Below are positions 18,206 to 28,828 of a stretch of 64,000 nucleotides of DNA, in pieces. Every line of letters begins with the position of its first letter. Position 1 is the first letter of the stretch. The notes below the pieces were generated by a model. That model worked only from the letters and a program-made list of their open reading frames with translations. It was not told the origin of the DNA and made no database searches. Where the stretch lies: positions 1,316 to 65,315 of the forward strand of contig JAPLJI010000067.1 of assembly GCA_026388655.1 (NCBI GenBank). Reading direction: 5' to 3'. The DNA is from Pseudomonadota bacterium. Its GTDB lineage: Bacteria > Desulfobacterota > JAPLJL01. Both the position numbers and the translations under genes were made by a program.

Positions 18206-19816
18206 ATGAAGAGAAACCAATCGGGCAGAATCGGACTGATCATCCTGGCGGGTGGCGTCCTGCTTTTCCTGGCCGCTTGCGGCGGCGGGGGGAAGGAACC
18301 GGTTTCTTCCCCCGAGATGTCGGCGCAGGCCCAGTCCCTGGCGACCGAGATTGACGCCGGCCAGAACGTGGCCGATTTCGAGGAGGACACCGGAGATGTA
18401 ACCGATCAGGAAAACGACGCGGCTCAGGACGAGGGCGTGGCGCTGGCGCCCCCGGATCCGGCCTTTGCCGTGGGGGTCACGACCGCCGAATCCGGCGTGA
18501 TTTTCCCCCGGGCTTTCTTTCCCTTCGAACTCGTCCCCAGGGGAACGGTGGAGAAAAGCAAGGTGATTATTGATTATTACAATTGCGGCGCGCTGGATAA
18601 ATCCTTGTGCCGGATCAAGGACGTGGAGATTCCCTTCCAGTTCCCGGCCCGACATTGGCTGGACGCCGCCGAGGTTAAGACGACTTCAGCGCTGGTCTAT
18701 TCCAGCGCCTTGACCGGGATCACAGGCGACCTGAATCTCACCCATCGCTATGCCCCCCAACATCCGAATCTCAGCGGCCCGGCCGCCTATGTTTCCGCCG
18801 AATTCCAGGTGATCCGGGATACCCGGGGAGAAACTACCCAGATTACGAGCACGGGGACCGGGTTGTATTCGGAGAATCCCGCCAACCCTTATTACAGTTT
18901 CAGTTGGACGACCACCGGTTTTCCCGCCTCGGTCAAGGTCTGCCGCGAAGACGTGATCGAGCCCACCCAGATTGACGATTCCATTTTTTCCGACTCGACC
19001 ACCCGGATTCGGGAAACTCTCAAGACCTTTCCGGATGGAATCACCGCCTATTACCACCGTTCCGTGAAACGTGAAAACGGGGTGATTTACACCGATTCCT
19101 TCCGCCAGAACAGGAAGGGCGGCACGCTCTCCGTCCAGGCTGTGATTGATCCCGGGGCCGCCCCCCGCTGCCCTCTGGATGACACGGGCACCATCAATGT
19201 AACCCGCACCTTTCCGGTTGAGAGCGATCTTCCGGAGGGGGTGACCGTCCCGATTCGGGAGGTGACCGTTATCAGCAAACTGGGATTGACCGAAGATGCC
19301 TCCTCCACGCTTACCCTGAGTAACGGCCAGACCCTGACCCGGACCCTGACCCGCGAGGTCCAGAGCCCGGCGGGCTGCCAGGCCTGGGAAGCAACCTCTC
19401 CTAGACCGGCAATCGTGGTTCATGTCACCGGGCAGCTGTACCGGGGCGGGACGCTGGATCTCACGGTTACCCGCGACGAACTCGGCTTGAGCATCACCGG
19501 AACGCGGACCCAGCCGGACGGCAGCTATACCCAGGTTGAAATCACCCGTTACCGGGACGCGGAGGGAACCGAGATCAAGGCCGAGCGCTATGACCCGGAC
19601 AAAACCCTCCGGGCCGAGGTTTCGATCGACCTCAGGGGAAATCAGCAGGGCCGGGGACAGATTGCCATCTTCACCGAGGACGGGAATACCAATACCATTG
19701 GTCTCCGCTTCACCTGCGAAGGCAAAGGTTACTGGTATCCGAGCGACAAGCCCTCGGACAAGCATGTGTTCGGAAAAGAGAAATTTTTAAAATATGGACT
19801 AGAAAGGTATCTGTAA
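18206..19816 (+). CDS. Hypothetical beta-rich lipoprotein
   Basis: GGAGG RBS, LAAC-GGGG lipobox, Thr/Gly-rich; no recognised family. Confidence 0.75.
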   Translation: MKRNQSGRIGLIILAGGVLLFLAACGGGGKEPVSSPEMSAQAQSLATEIDAGQNVADFEEDTGDVTDQENDAAQDEGVALAPPDPAFAVGVTTAESGVIFPRAFFPFELVPRGTVEKSKVIIDYYNCGALDKSLCRIKDVEIPFQFPARHWLDAAEVKTTSALVYSSALTGITGDLNLTHRYAPQHPNLSGPAAYVSAEFQVIRDTRGETTQITSTGTGLYSENPANPYYSFSWTTTGFPASVKVCREDVIEPTQIDDSIFSDSTTRIRETLKTFPDGITAYYHRSVKRENGVIYTDSFRQNRKGGTLSVQAVIDPGAAPRCPLDDTGTINVTRTFPVESDLPEGVTVPIREVTVISKLGLTEDASSTLTLSNGQTLTRTLTREVQSPAGCQAWEATSPRPAIVVHVTGQLYRGGTLDLTVTRDELGLSITGTRTQPDGSYTQVEITRYRDAEGTEIKAERYDPDKTLRAEVSIDLRGNQQGRGQIAIFTEDGNTNTIGLRFTCEGKGYWYPSDKPSDKHVFGKEKFLKYGLERYL

Positions 19817-19830
19817 ACGGTTAGAGCTTT

Positions 19831-19860
19831 ACCCCCCGGGGCCTCCCGGCCCCGGGGGGA
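19831..19860. terminator. GC hairpin between convergent genes
   Basis: CCCCCGGGG...CCCCGGGGG stem. Confidence 0.55.
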
Positions 19861-19874
19861 TTATTTGGGCGGGA

Positions 19875-22157
19875 TTAAAACTTCCAGTCGCTTTCTTCTT
19901 TTTTCTCGTCTTCGGGGGCTTCGGCCTTTTCCTTTTCTTTTTCCTTGGCCACCCGGTGGAAGGGGATGACGCGGTTGCGGCCTTTCTGCTTGGCGGTGTA
20001 AAGGGCGAGGTCGGCCTTCTGGAGGAGCTCGTCCGGCTCCTGGGCGTCCTCCGGGCAACTCGCCACCCCCAGGGAAATGGTAACCCCGATCTTGCTTCCC
20101 CCCTCGATCGGGAAGGAACTCGACTCCACCAGCCGGCGGATGCGCTCGGCCAGCTTCATCGCCCCCTCGGAGTCGGTGTTGGGCAGGAGGAGAGTGAACT
20201 CCTCCCCACCGTAGCGGGCGACCAGGTCCATCTCGCGGGCCGCCCCCTTCAGGATGCGGGATAAACCCCGGAGGACCGCGTCGCCGGCCGGGTGGCCATA
20301 GCGGTCGTTCACCTTTTTGAAGAAGTCCAGGTCGATCAGGATCAGGGAGATCGGCTCCGGGTGCCGCACCGATCGGATGAATTCCTCCCGGATCCGTTCC
20401 TGGAAACGCCGGTGGTTGGAGAGACCGGTGATCGGGTCGGTGACCGCCTCGGCCTCCTTCTCGTGGAAGAGCCGGGCTTTTTCCAGGGAGATGGCGATCT
20501 GGTTGGCCAAGACGTCGAAGATCTTGACCTCGTACTCGGAAAATAAATTCGCCGCCTTGCCCAATAAGGTAAAGGACCCGATCACCCTGCCTTCCACGGA
20601 GAAGGGAATGGTCAGGATGGATCGGGCCCCCCGGATCTTGATTTCCTTGGAGAAGATGGGGCGCTCCTGGTCGCGCTCGTGCAGGTTCCCCTTGCAGAAG
20701 ATTTTTCGGTAGGAGTCCAGGACCCAGCCGACCAGGCCATCCTCGATTCCGAAGCTTTTCTGGAGGGTGGACTCGGCCCCCTCGCCCCGGGCGGCCTGGA
20801 TCACGCTTCTCCCGGTGGACTCGTCGAAGGTGGCGATGGCGGCGAAGTCGTAAGGAACGATCTCGAGGATGGAATCGAGGCCCAGGTTTAAAACCTCCTC
20901 CATGCGGAGGGCGGCGGAGAGCCTTTTCGAGATTTCGTAGAAGGCGGCGAACTCGGTGGCCTCGATCGACATCTGGTGGCGGATCTCGGCGTTTTCAATC
21001 GTGTCCACGATCTGGGAGGCCACCACCTCGAGGAGCTTGCGCTGTTCGTCGGTGAAGGCGGAGATGTCGCGGGAATCGATGGCGAGGACGCCGATGATCT
21101 CGGGGGCGGATTCCGCCGGGGCATGGCTCAAGCGGGGAGTATTTTCCGGGTCCCCCGAGCTCGGGGCGCGCCGGGAGGAGGGGAAAACCCCCGGGTTAAT
21201 CGGGACGGCCAGGAAGGAATGGATGCCCTCCTCCCGCGAGTAATAATTGATCCCCTTCAGGGGGTTGGCCAGCTCGTGCAGCTGGATGGGGGAATGGTTC
21301 TGGTAAACCCAGCCGATCACCCCCTCGCCGGAGCGGAAGGTTTTCTCGAAATTCAGGTAATCGCTGTCGGAGATGCCGTCCTTGAGCCGGAGCCGATTGC
21401 CGTCGGGCTCCCAGAAATAAATCAGGACCGAGAAGGGATGGATGGTTCGCTTCAGGATTTCCAGGACCCGGTAGATCCGGTCACCCAGGTCGAAGGCCTG
21501 GGCGATTTCCCGCTTTTCCCGGGATTCCTTGGAGATCTTCTCGAGCTTAAAGGTGCTGTGCTCCCCGCGGTCGGCGGCGTGCCCCGCCCCCGCTTCGCCC
21601 AGGGAACGGGCGTCGCGGTTGATATCAGCCAGGCGGGACTTGGCCTTGTTCCGCCACTTGCGTTCGGATTTGAAGGCGCCCCCGAAAACCAGGACGAAGA
21701 CGAGCGCGAAGAAAGCGTGGGAGCCCAGGGTTTCCGCCTGGCTCCAGAATTCGAACTTGATCAATTGGTGGGCGGTTTCCAGGGAGAGCGCGAAGAGCAT
21801 AATCAGGAGGGCGTGAAGGATTGGAAAATAGAGGGCGAGCATGGTGAGGATGAAGTACTTGAGGGGGTAAAGCAGGGGCCCGATCTCCCCGGTGGCCTGG
21901 AGCGGGATCTCGAAGGTGAGGATGAGGAGAAAGCCGAACTCGAGGTTGTCCCGGAGGGAAGGTTTTTCCACCCGGAGGTAGGAAAACAGTTTTTCCCCGG
22001 TCAGGGCGACCAGGACGACGACCAGGACGATGGGGGAGGCGGAAAGATCCCGGAGCCGGGAAAAGTAATCAAAGATGACGAAGAGGGAGAAAAACGGAAT
22101 CGCGGAAGGATAGAGGAAGCGCTGGACTTTTTGCTCCCAGAAGCCTCCCTTGGTCAT
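19875..22157 (-). CDS. Membrane diguanylate cyclase (TM-GAF-GAF-GGDEF)
   Basis: DLDFFKKVNDRYGH, RxxD I-site (REMD), ARYGGEEF; two GAF domains. Confidence 0.93.
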   Translation of the reverse strand: MTKGGFWEQKVQRFLYPSAIPFFSLFVIFDYFSRLRDLSASPIVLVVVLVALTGEKLFSYLRVEKPSLRDNLEFGFLLILTFEIPLQATGEIGPLLYPLKYFILTMLALYFPILHALLIMLFALSLETAHQLIKFEFWSQAETLGSHAFFALVFVLVFGGAFKSERKWRNKAKSRLADINRDARSLGEAGAGHAADRGEHSTFKLEKISKESREKREIAQAFDLGDRIYRVLEILKRTIHPFSVLIYFWEPDGNRLRLKDGISDSDYLNFEKTFRSGEGVIGWVYQNHSPIQLHELANPLKGINYYSREEGIHSFLAVPINPGVFPSSRRAPSSGDPENTPRLSHAPAESAPEIIGVLAIDSRDISAFTDEQRKLLEVVASQIVDTIENAEIRHQMSIEATEFAAFYEISKRLSAALRMEEVLNLGLDSILEIVPYDFAAIATFDESTGRSVIQAARGEGAESTLQKSFGIEDGLVGWVLDSYRKIFCKGNLHERDQERPIFSKEIKIRGARSILTIPFSVEGRVIGSFTLLGKAANLFSEYEVKIFDVLANQIAISLEKARLFHEKEAEAVTDPITGLSNHRRFQERIREEFIRSVRHPEPISLILIDLDFFKKVNDRYGHPAGDAVLRGLSRILKGAAREMDLVARYGGEEFTLLLPNTDSEGAMKLAERIRRLVESSSFPIEGGSKIGVTISLGVASCPEDAQEPDELLQKADLALYTAKQKGRNRVIPFHRVAKEKEKEKAEAPEDEKKEESDWKF

Positions 22158-22465
22158 TATTGTTCCCGGAAGAGGAAGAGGACCTCGTTTTCCCTGAGCA
22201 TCCCCAGATCCTGGCGGGCGAGCCGCTCGATGTAGGCCGGATCGGTTTTCAAATGCTGGATCTCCTGGCGGAGCCGGACGTTATCCGTTTCGACCGTGGC
22301 GATCTTCTGCTGGAGGTCGGAAAACTCGAGCTTGAGCCGGTGCAGGTGGAAGAAACCCTGGTCCCCGAGAATCCCGTATATAACCACGACCAGGCAGGCC
22401 AAAAAAAGCAGATAAAAAACCCGTTTATATTTGGTCAGAGACTGGCGAAGACTGGTTAACGGCAC
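22157..22465 (-). CDS. ftsB: Septum formation initiator FtsB/DivIC
   Basis: TM, GDQG, coiled coil, IERLARQDLGMLRENE. Confidence 0.85.
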   Translation of the reverse strand: MPLTSLRQSLTKYKRVFYLLFLACLVVVIYGILGDQGFFHLHRLKLEFSDLQQKIATVETDNVRLRQEIQHLKTDPAYIERLARQDLGMLRENEVLFLFREQ

Positions 22466-23310
22466 TTTTTCTCTGAATTAAAAATTAAACATCAGCGTTG
22501 GAAAATTCAAATTTTTTCTTTTTATTTGGTTTGGTTTGATTTTGCCTGTTTTTGGATTTTTTAACGTATTTTGGACCCAATTTGGACACAGGATTTTTTA
22601 TCCTCCAAGGTTATTTTATCGCAATTTTTAAAGTTAAGCGAGATTAAAGGAAGAGAGATGAAAGATTGTCCCGATTTTATTCTTTTTCCGACGAGACACC
22701 GATATGAAAAATATCTTGTCGTTTGAAATGAGAGGAAATTAAAAGAGCGAAAGCAAAACTCTCAGCTACGAGATAGAGGTTTTTATCTGGGCTATTCTTT
22801 GATTATTATGGAAAGGAATTCTTTTTCTGCCCAGATCGCTGTTCGAATGCAGATGGGGTCAGCCCTTGACATTGGACTTTCTGGTCTATCTCATCTATTT
22901 AGTCTGTCTAGTCTGTTTGGTCTAAAAATGGCAGATGGCAGATAGCAGATAGCCAGCCCAGACTTAGCCGATGGCCGACGGCAGACCGCAACAAAATACA
23001 GAGGTTCAGGGTTCAGTGACGAACGCCGAACGCCGACCACGGACCGCAGACCAGAGGCAAAACGCAGGAGGCAAAGCGTAGAAATAACATCGCGGACCCC
23101 TCGCCCTGGCTCGGGGCAAGCGGCTGACCGCTGAGATAACAAACGCAGAAAAAAACCCAGGGTCAGGTCTTTACCTTGCTGTTTGCGATGATATTTCCAA
23201 CTTTTTCCTCACCAAAAATCCCTTCCTCCGCTCAAAATTATCTGAAGAATTAAATACTTACAAAAATTCTTTTAAATCTTTGAAAATATTTCCATCGAAA
23301 TGACATTAAT

Positions 23311-23484
23311 AGAGGGTGTTAGGGGTTTTGATTTAAACATTCGAAATTAGATGAAAAAACGAAAATATTTGATCTGGTCTAATCCGGTTGTTTTTTATAG
23401 AGTGCATTAGCTTGCTAATGCAATGCATCGGCGAGCCGATGCAGTCCAAAGAAGATAATTTATGAAAAACCCCTAACACCCTCT
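23311..23484. mobile_element. MITE with perfect TIRs and AAT target duplication
   Basis: TAGAGGGTGTTAGGGGTTTT (23310-23329) is the exact inverse of 23466-23485; flanked by AAT/AAT. Confidence 0.75.
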
Positions 23485-23562
23485 AATAAAAAATCTAGTA
23501 TGGGTAAATTTTCTAGGCTTTTTTGATTCGAGAAAGATGGTAAAATAACATCAGGGAGATTG

Positions 23563-24067
<505 letters not shown>

Positions 24068-24406
24068 AAATTAACAGTTCTGGTTCTCATCGCTGATTTT
24101 CCTGCCCGGTGTCCGGTCTTGTTTTTTTCCAGCTATATAACGACCGCTGACCCAGTAAAAGCAGGTGACAGAACCTGACATAGGCATATTTTGTTTGGAT
24201 AAAAACCACTTTCCGCTTATAAATCCAATTTTTAATTTAATAAAACTTCATAAGATGGCGATGATTCATTCCCATCTGTCTACGGAACATCCGGGAGGGA
24301 GAGAGCGGGAATTGAGAATTCGTCCCAAAATCGTCTCTAACCGGGATTTACGAAGCCGAGGGAAAAATAACCTATATCGGAACCTATTGAAAATAGGAAT
24401 AAATTT

Positions 24407-24481
24407 TGGTGGAGGATAAGGGATTTGAACCCTCGACCCCTGCGTTGCGAACGCAGTGCTCTCCCGCTGAGCTAATCCCCC
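24407..24481 (-). tRNA. tRNA-Ala(CGC)
   Basis: GGGGGATTAGCTCAGCGGGAGAGCACTGCGTTCGCAACGCAG...GGTTCAAATCCCTTATCCTCCACCA. Confidence 0.95.
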
Positions 24482-24557
24482 GCTTGCTAACGGTGGGTGA
24501 CCCCACCCACGCTTGCTTTCAGTTTAAAATCATTCGGCACCGAGGTCAAGCAGTCAG

Positions 24558-24910
24558 AATTTACGATTGACGATTGCCGAATGACGAATGAAAAACAAAA
24601 CAAACCCGGGAAAAGGTGAAAGGTCAAAGGTGAAAGGTGAAGGACAAGAAGGATTTACGAATGACGAATGACGAATGACGAATGAAAAACCAAATAAACC
24701 TGGGAAAAGGTGAAAGGTGAAGGACAAGAAGGATTTACGATTTACGATTGACGATTGACGATCCTCCTACGCCAAGGCTTCGGAGGACAAGTCGAAGGAC
24801 AAGTTGCGGAATGAAAAACCAAACAAACCTGGGAAAAAGTAATGGGCAGGGGCAGGGAGCAAAGGGCAAAGGACGAAAAAAGTGATGGGTAGGCACCAGG
24901 CACCGGAAGA
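24558..24910 (+). repeat. Array of heptamer tracts with a constant linker
   Basis: (TGACGAW)n and (GGTGAAA)n tracts; GAATGAAAAACMAAAYAAACCYGGGAAAA three times. Confidence 0.85.
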
Positions 24911-24994
24911 AAATAATAGGGGAGAGATCAAGCGCCTCCTGTTTTTTTAGGTCGGCATTATAATTAAAATAACCATACAGTTGAGGAGATTGAT

Positions 24995-25279
24995 ATGACG
25001 GAAAGGATTTCGGTTCTGAAAGTCAGGCAAAACCTGGGTGAAATTATTAACCGGGTTTATCTGCGCAATAATCAATTCATTATCGAAAGGGCCGGAAAAC
25101 CGGTGGCGGCGTTAATCCCGGTGCAAAAATTGGAGCAGATCCAGGCCGCCGCCCGGGGCCGGATCAAGGAGATTCTCGAAAAAAATCAGAAGGCTAATCC
25201 GGATTTGCCTTCGGCGAAAGCGAGCGAACTGGTCAGGGAAGCGGTCAGGGAAACCCGGAAACGATATCGGGCCAAATGA
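24995..25279 (+). CDS. Phd/YefM antitoxin (partner apparently truncated)
   Basis: ISVLKVRQNLGEIINRV..IIERAGKPVAAL. Confidence 0.88.
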   Translation: MTERISVLKVRQNLGEIINRVYLRNNQFIIERAGKPVAALIPVQKLEQIQAAARGRIKEILEKNQKANPDLPSAKASELVREAVRETRKRYRAK

Positions 25280-25373
25280 TCAGGGCGGTGGACTGCTGAA
25301 TTCTTTCTTTTCCGAAAGAGCCGCCTAAAAATATCCCTGCCTAAATAATCCCGAAAAAGGAAAAAAGAGCGTC

Positions 25374-25631
25374 TTATTTCGATTTAAGTCGGCGGCGCAT
25401 CTCGGCACTGGAGATCCCACCCTCTTTCAAATGCCGCAACCTCGATCTCTCGATTAGAGCCAGAAATTCAGGATGGGAGCTGAGGGTAATCGTCTCTAAA
25501 TCCGCATTTTTTATCGCGACCAAGGCGGCGACGGGTTTACCGTTCTCAGTCAGAATTACCGGCTCTTTTTTCAACCCCTGGGCATATTTTGTCAGAGGGG
25601 CGGTTGCCTCGGCCATTTCCAAGGTTTTCAT
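25374..25631 (-). CDS. Phd/YefM antitoxin
   Basis: EPVILTENGKPVAALV. Confidence 0.88.
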   Translation of the reverse strand: MKTLEMAEATAPLTKYAQGLKKEPVILTENGKPVAALVAIKNADLETITLSSHPEFLALIERSRLRHLKEGGISSAEMRRRLKSK

Positions 25632-25927
25632 AATTTTATTTCCTCCTTACCTATTTTAACTCGATTGCGCAATTTTACTCCTATAGCCCGAATATAAACG
25701 ACGGGTTCGGGTTTTTCCGCAAAGTCGTAATAAACCCGAAGATCTCCGATTCTAAGTTCCCAAGGGGCCAAGGGATTTGGTCTCATTGGTTTCCGGTTTC
25801 TGGTTTCGATACTGGGCTGATTTTCAAGTTGCTTTTCAACATTGTCAAGAATAATTGCCTGCTGACGGGTGGTGAGAACGCGCAAATGCTCTTCGGTGTC
25901 GGGAGAATATTCGATTCGGTATTTCAT
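25628..25927 (-). CDS. RelE/ParE toxin
   Basis: YRIEYS...WELRIGDLRVYY..V.IRAIG; toxin-first order. Confidence 0.88.
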   Translation of the reverse strand: MKYRIEYSPDTEEHLRVLTTRQQAIILDNVEKQLENQPSIETRNRKPMRPNPLAPWELRIGDLRVYYDFAEKPEPVVYIRAIGVKLRNRVKIGKEEIKL

Positions 25928-26312
25928 TTGTACTATTGAAAAGATTTAAGGAACGCTTAAATAATAGTATAGCCTAACGCACAGGGAAAGAGATATTTTT
26001 CGAGGAGGGAGGAGCCCCTGATGGGTTTGTGCAGATTCGTGCTGGGGATAAAAATCGTCAGCCCGCAGGAATTGGTAAAAATAATAGATTGACCGCCGCG
26101 AGAAGCTGGAAGGAGGGAAGAAAGTTAAAAGTGAAAAGTAAAAAGTGAAAGGTTAGAGCACCAAGGCATCCCTCGGCTCCGCTCGGGACAGGCCAGGCAC
26201 CAGATAGACTTAACAGAACAGACAGACCAATCTTTCTACAAAGAATGGAGAATGTAAAAAATATCCCCCTTTGTTCGAAAGGGGGATTGAGGGGGATTTT
26301 AAATAATTTTTC

Positions 26313-26771
26313 CTAAACAAACAGTAACGCCAAGGTCTCGGCGAGCATGGCGGGTTTGTCCTGACCCTGCACCTCGATGGTGTTTTCCAGGGTCATCAGG
26401 AGCCGGCCGCTCCCCTTTTCCGCTATCTCCAGGACCTTGAACCTGGCGCGGATCTTGCTCCCCACCGTCACGGGATTCAGGAACCGGACCTTGTTCAGCC
26501 CGTAGTTCACGGCCATCTTGATGTCCGAGGGGAAAACCTTGACCTGGAAGTGAAAATAAGAGAGCAGGGAGAGGGTCAGGAAGCCGTGGGCGATGGGGGT
26601 TTTGAAGGGGCCATCCTTGGCCTTGACCGGGTCCACGTGGATCCACTGGCGGTCATCGGTGCACTCGGCGAAGGCGTTGATCCGGGCCTGGGTCACCTCG
26701 AGCCAGTCCGAAACCGCGACCTCTTTTCCCACCGAGTTCTTTAATTTTTCCAGCGTGAGAGCTTCGGCCAT
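26313..26771 (-). CDS. MaoC/NodN-family dehydratase
   Basis: FAECTDDRQWIHVD, IAHGFLTLSL, NYGLNKVRF. Confidence 0.93.
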   Translation of the reverse strand: MAEALTLEKLKNSVGKEVAVSDWLEVTQARINAFAECTDDRQWIHVDPVKAKDGPFKTPIAHGFLTLSLLSYFHFQVKVFPSDIKMAVNYGLNKVRFLNPVTVGSKIRARFKVLEIAEKGSGRLLMTLENTIEVQGQDKPAMLAETLALLFV

Positions 26772-26986
26772 TGCAACCTCCTTTTAATAAAAAAAAGTTT
26801 CGGGTCTCTAGTCTCTGGTCTCTGGTTAAAGAAAAAAAGAGAGATTCTTCGCCCTTCGACAGGCTCAGGGCTCAGAATGACAGCCATTTTTACATGATAT
26901 TTCTGAGATTGCCGCGCCTTCCCCCTTCGCCAAGGCTTCGGAGGACGGGTCGGCTCGCAATGACAAATTATGGAAGAGTGATGTTC

Positions 26987-28828
26987 TCATGGGACGGGGG
27001 TTGTGACCGCGGGAGGGGTGGCAACTGGACTGGGGGCCGGGCTCTCGGCGGTTTTGACCCAGATAACCAGGCGGGAGGGGTGCTCCGCGTCGTGGTAGAT
27101 CCGTTGGTGGGCGATGACGGGGGTCGTTTCCAGGGCCTGGTCGCCTCCGGTGTTAAGGTTGCGGGCGTAGCGGGGGAAGTTGGAGGAGGAAATCTCCACC
27201 CGGATCCGGTGACCGGCGCGGAAGAGGTTGGCGGTCTGCCAGAGGTCGATGGTGTACTCGTAGATCTTTCCGGGCTGGATCAGGGCTTCTCCCTTGAGCA
27301 ATCCTTCCCGGTAACGGGCCCGGATGATCCCGTCCTGGAGGAGCAGGGCCTTTCCGTTCGGGAGAACATCAATAAGCTTGGCGGAGAAATCGGTATCCAG
27401 GGCGCTGGTCGAGGCGAAGAGTTTAACCTGGATGGGGCCCGAAATCTCCAGCGGCTCGGTGAGCGGCGGGGTGGTGTAAACGAGAACGTCATTGCGGGAT
27501 TCGAGCGGGAGCTGGTTGGCCGGGCCGTAGAGCCAGGAGGCGTGGAAATGGCTGGTAAAAAAGGGAATAAGGAGGTTAGACCCGCCCCGGGTGGGAACCG
27601 GGTCCAGGGGATCGTACTCGAAGTAATCCGGGATATCACTTCCGGCCGGGTCCCGGCTTAAACCGCCGTCCCCGGAAACAGTATTGGCCTTGCCTTGGCT
27701 GTGCAGATAGTATTCCGCGGGCGCGAAACCGGCGGGTGGCCAGTCCTCCGCGGTTTTCCACTCGTTGGCCCCCATCAGGAAGTAGCGGACCGGGGGAAGT
27801 TTTTCCGCCCCGTTATCCACCCCTTTCAGCCAGTGGTCGTACCAGGCGAAGGTTTCCGGGAACTGGAAAACGTCCTCCTTGACCTGGATGTCATCTGTTC
27901 CGTCTCCGCCGATGCCGACATGGGACCAGGGGCCGATGATGAGCCGGGATTGCTTGGCGAGGCCGTTTCCCTCCTGGCGCAGGCGCTGGAAATCGGCGAG
28001 CTGGGGGCCGAGGAACATGTCATACCAGCCGGCCACCACCAGGGCGGGGGTCTGGATCAGGGAATAGGAATCCTGGAAGTCAATCTGTTTCAGGAGATGC
28101 CGGGAGCGCTCGGGGCTCGCCACCTCGTTGAAGTAATAGACGTCCTCGCCGAGGGTGTCATCGACCTTTTCCACGGGCAGGGCATTAAGGGCGTCGAAGT
28201 GGTTCAGGGGATTCAGGAAGGTGGTTTCCTTGATGCCGGTTAAACCGAAGAAGGTGAAGATAGTGAGCAGGTTCATTACCCCCCCCCGGAAAATGGCTTC
28301 GTGCATGTTCGGGCTGGTCAGCGTGGGGGCCATGACCTTGAGTTCGGGGAGGGAAGGGGCTACCACCCACTGGGTGTATCCCAGGTAGCTTAAACCCCAA
28401 CTCCCAATCTGGCCGTTGCACCATTGCTGTTTCTGGATCCAGCGGAAGTTGTCGAGACCGTCCTGGGCGTCGAAAATGAAGGGAAAGAATTTTCCCTCGG
28501 AATGGAAGCGCCCGCGGGTGTCCTGGACAACGAAAGCATAACCCCTTTCGGCGAAAATCCGGCCCAGCATGGGGAGCAGCCCGGCGAAGCGCTTCCCGTA
28601 GGGGAGCCGGGTGAAGAGGACGGGGAAGGAGCCGGGGGCCTTGGGCAGGTAAACATCCGTGGCCAGGTGGACACCGTCGCGCATGGGCACCATGACATCC
28701 TTCTCGACCTTGACCCCGAATTGGGCGGGGGGCAGGTGGAAAAAAACCGCGTTCAGGCGGGAACAGCCGGAGACCAAGCCCCAGAACAGAAGGGCGAGCG
28801 TGACAATCAGGAGTCTTTTATTACTCAT
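26987..28828 (-). CDS. CocE/NonD-family hydrolase (lipoprotein)
   Basis: VPMRDGVHLATDVYLP, QDTRGRFHSEG, GLSYLG nucleophile, GWYD, IGPWSH. Confidence 0.93.
   Translation of the reverse strand: MSNKRLLIVTLALLFWGLVSGCSRLNAVFFHLPPAQFGVKVEKDVMVPMRDGVHLATDVYLPKAPGSFPVLFTRLPYGKRFAGLLPMLGRIFAERGYAFVVQDTRGRFHSEGKFFPFIFDAQDGLDNFRWIQKQQWCNGQIGSWGLSYLGYTQWVVAPSLPELKVMAPTLTSPNMHEAIFRGGVMNLLTIFTFFGLTGIKETTFLNPLNHFDALNALPVEKVDDTLGEDVYYFNEVASPERSRHLLKQIDFQDSYSLIQTPALVVAGWYDMFLGPQLADFQRLRQEGNGLAKQSRLIIGPWSHVGIGGDGTDDIQVKEDVFQFPETFAWYDHWLKGVDNGAEKLPPVRYFLMGANEWKTAEDWPPAGFAPAEYYLHSQGKANTVSGDGGLSRDPAGSDIPDYFEYDPLDPVPTRGGSNLLIPFFTSHFHASWLYGPANQLPLESRNDVLVYTTPPLTEPLEISGPIQVKLFASTSALDTDFSAKLIDVLPNGKALLLQDGIIRARYREGLLKGEALIQPGKIYEYTIDLWQTANLFRAGHRIRVEISSSNFPRYARNLNTGGDQALETTPVIAHQRIYHDAEHPSRLVIWVKTAESPAPSPVATPPAVTTPVP

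Noticed and set aside
24558-24910. CRISPR array
   Set aside because: The spacers are low-complexity heptamer tracts of unequal length and there are no cas genes.
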